Below are positions 61,293 to 64,000 of a stretch of 64,000 bases of DNA, one piece after another. Numbering within the stretch: position 1 is the first letter of the stretch; each line of letters opens with the position of its first letter. Location: contig OZ336895.1 of the NCBI GenBank assembly GCA_965287045.1, positions 28,644,001-28,708,000 of the forward strand, written 5' to 3'. Source of the DNA: Carcharhinus amblyrhynchos. Its lineage: Eukaryota. The notes under the pieces are model-generated. The model ran no database searches. It worked only from the letters and a program-made list of their open reading frames with translations, and was not told the DNA's origin. A program made the position numbers and the translations under genes.

Positions 61293-61644
61293 CAGCTGTG
61301 GTGACTGCAGTTATAAATAGGCAGGGACCTCCAGAGGGAGAAAAGGATAAATGACATCCAAAGTATGTTTTTCAGTTTGTGCAAAGCAGCCCTCAGATTG
61401 ATTTCTATTAGAATTGTGAGGCAGAGCAAAGGTAAAGAAGCTTGAAGGATAGTGTGAGAGCTGAACACACTGACAGGTGATTTCAAACACTAGTGTTAAC
61501 CTTTCAGAATGCAGTGACTGATGTAATGGAAATTTCTCACAGCACCCTATTTCTTCCTCTGGCTGTGTTTTGTGTCCCTTTAGGCGCCTTAGAAATTTTA
61601 CAGATAATAAATTGTTAATGATTTTAGGAGAAATGTCTTCAGAT

Positions 61645-61920
61645 GGGGCGGCACAGTGGTCAGCACTACTTCCTCACCGTGGTAGGAACCCAGGTTCGAT
61701 TCCTGACTGTGCGAAGTCTGCACGTTCTTCCTGTGTCTATGGGTTTCCTCCGGGTGCTCCGATTTCCTCCCACAATTTGAAAGGTGTGCTGGTTTCGGGT
61801 GCATTTTTCATGCTAAATTCTCCTATGGTATACCGGAACAAATGCCGGAGTGTGGTGACTAGGGGATTTTCACAGTAACTTCATTGCAGTGTTAATGTAA
61901 GCCTACTTGTGATTAATAGA
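61645..61920 (+). mobile_element. V-SINE with Rex-like tail
   Basis: 'ggggcggcacagtggtcagcact...caggttcgattcc'; tail 'gactaggggattttcacagtaacttcattgcagtgttaatgtaagcctacttgtgattaata'. Confidence 0.85.
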
Positions 61921-62697
61921 TGAATCATACCTCTGCTTCCAAGGAAGAAAATAAATGGCTTAAAAAGTGTCTGTTCCACTTAGCTTCTGATCAGAACTTT
62001 ATCTAATGCAGGGACGGCGTTGTCTCACCAGGAGAGGAAGTGTAACACCTGAAGCCCACTTTCAGAATTATCTATTGTTGTATACTTTCTAGCCTTTTCT
62101 AGTCTAACACTAAATTGACTTTTATACAAATGCATTTGTCGTAATGGATGGAATTCAGTTCACATTGAAACTTTGTTTCCTGACTGCCTGTCAAATATAA
62201 TCTGGGGTTACCTGCTTTGGCTGGCTCTTCACTCCTGATTTAACAGACAGATGTCCTGATAGAGAGGCGGTGCATTGCTGCAATATGGAGAGGCAGCATC
62301 AGTGTAGGTAGTAATTCTCGATCCTTCCAAAGGCAAGGGAAAAGCTAACAGTTAATCAAAGAAAGCCATCTTCTTTGTTAAATTAAGTCTGGAAGCAAGC
62401 AGTCAAAATGATTGAATGAGAGGTGAATGCATGTTCAATTTATCAAGAAACACATCAAAGTCTCATTCTCTATCCTGTCCTAGAAGGAATTTGTTCTGTT
62501 AAAGAAATCTTAACTGGCATATATAATGGGTAAATGTATTAAAGTGTATAGAGGGGAGGGTGCGGAAGGGAGAAAAGGCAGCACAACTATTGTGGCAGCT
62601 GAGACAAAATAAATTCCTCCAATCTTTGCAGTGACACTGTGGACAGATTGTGATGATTCCACCCCTGTCTGTGTCTCAGGCAGACAATAGTTTGGGT

Positions 62698-63290
62698 AGC
62701 AACAACAACCTGGAGTTATGTAGTACCGTTAATGTGGTAAAATATTCAAAAATGCTTTACAGGTGTAATTATCAAACAGAATTTGATGCTGAGCTACATA
62801 ACGATATATCAGGACTGATGACCAAAAGACAGAGGTTTAAGCATTTTGGGGGGCATTGAGGTGAAATCATCATAGAATCTCTACAGCACAGAAGAGGCCA
62901 CTTGACCCATTGATCCTCCAACAGAGCATCTTACCCAGGCCCTATCCCCCTAACTCCACATATCTACCCTGCTAATCCCCCTAATCTATCCATCTTGGGA
63001 TATTCAGGGGCAATTTAGAATGGCCAATCCACCTAGCCTGCACATCTTTGGACTGTGAGAGGAAACTGGAGCCCCCCCAAGGAAACCCAAGCAGACATTG
63101 GGAGAACATCCAAACTCCACATTCAAGGCCGGAATTCAACCCAGGTCCCGGGAACTCTGAGGCAGCAGTGCTAACCATTGTGCCGCCCAGTGTTGAGGTT
63201 TAGGGAGGAAGCCAGAGCTTTGGGCCTACGCAGCTGCTGATACAGTTGCATTTGGTAGAGCAATTAAAATCAGGGATGCACATGAAGCAT
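62698..63290 (-). mobile_element. L2 3' end interrupted by an HE1 V-SINE (62868-63188, minus)
   Basis: L2: 'caacaacaacc...aatgctttacagg...atcaaacagaatttga...atatcaggactgatgaccaaaag'. SINE: 'catagaatctctacagcacagaagaggcca...gcagtgctaaccattgtgccgccc'. Confidence 0.75.
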
Positions 63291-63334
63291 GGCAATTGCC
63301 ATCAGCACCTCATGGTTGAGAAGCAGAAACCAAC

Positions 63335-63650
63335 TCTTATGTTGAAACATTTAAGATCCTGAGGAATCTTGACAGGGTGGATATGGAAAGGATATTTCCT
63401 CTTGTGGGAGATTCTAGAACTAGGGGTCACTATTTAAAATTAAGGATTTACCCACTTAAAATGGAGGTGTGGTGAAATGTTTTCACTCAGAGGATCGTGA
63501 GTGTTTAAAACTTTTCCTAAAAAGGCAATGGAAACAGATTTGTTGAATATTTTTAAGGCACAGGTGAATATTGGTAAGCAAGCAGGTAATAGGTTATCAG
63601 GTTGGCAGGATGCAGATTTGAGGTTATTATCTGATCAGCCATGACCTGAC
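63335..63650 (+). mobile_element. CR1 3' fragment
   Basis: VETFKILRNLDRVDMERIFPLVGDSRTRGH..., ending at 'gatcagccatga'. Confidence 0.8.
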
Positions 63651-63699
63651 AGTAATCTCAAATCTGAGGTACTCAAATCTGAGGTAATCATATCTGAGA

Positions 63700-64000
63700 T
63701 AACCAACTTTTACAGATGCACTATAGAAAGCATTCTTTCTGGTTATATCACAGCTTGGTATGGCTCCTCTGACCAAGACCACAAGGAACTACAAAAGGTC
63801 ATGAATGTAGCCCAATCCATCGTGCAAACCAGCCTCCCATCTATTGACTCTGTCTATACTCCCTGCTTTCTTGGCAAAGCAGCCAGCAAAATTACAGTTC
63901 CCATGTACCCCAGACATTCTCTCTTCCACCTTCTTCTGTCAGGAAAAAGATACAAAAGTCCGAGGTGACGTACCAACCGATTCAAGATAGCTTCTTCCCT
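63700..64000 (+). mobile_element. Rex1/Babar fragment, runs off the window
   Basis: TNFYRCTIESILSGYITAWYGS...LQKVMNVAQSI; homologous to 13335-13500. Confidence 0.85.

Overview
Eukaryotic, repeat-rich vertebrate genomic DNA. The repeat content (HE1-type V-SINEs, HER1-like CR1 LINEs, DeuSINE remnants, Rex1/Babar, L2, Penelope) points to a shark or ray; this is an inference. One host gene is recognisable: the last three coding exons of WDR18 (IPI3 homologue, rixosome/PELP1 complex) on the + strand at 30948-31114, 56101-56169 and 57880-58008. A probable 3' UTR runs to an AATAAA at 59345. No upstream WDR18 exon was found, so 1-30947 is taken as intron. Almost every long ORF in the supplied track is a retrotransposon fragment or its antisense shadow. 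The most interesting signals are: (i) minimal type-I hammerhead ribozyme motifs in Penelope pseudo-LTRs, two with intact cores; (ii) six near-identical young CR1 copies in both orientations bracketing one WDR18 exon; (iii) one V-SINE body carrying two different 3' tails that match two different LINE clades; (iv) twin-priming-like 5' inversions in non-L1 elements; (v) a ~116-bp hairpin-containing duplication on either side of the last exon. I found no evidence for a wholly new protein-coding system. Repeat boundaries were read by eye and are approximate (about +/-20 bp; worse for old copies).
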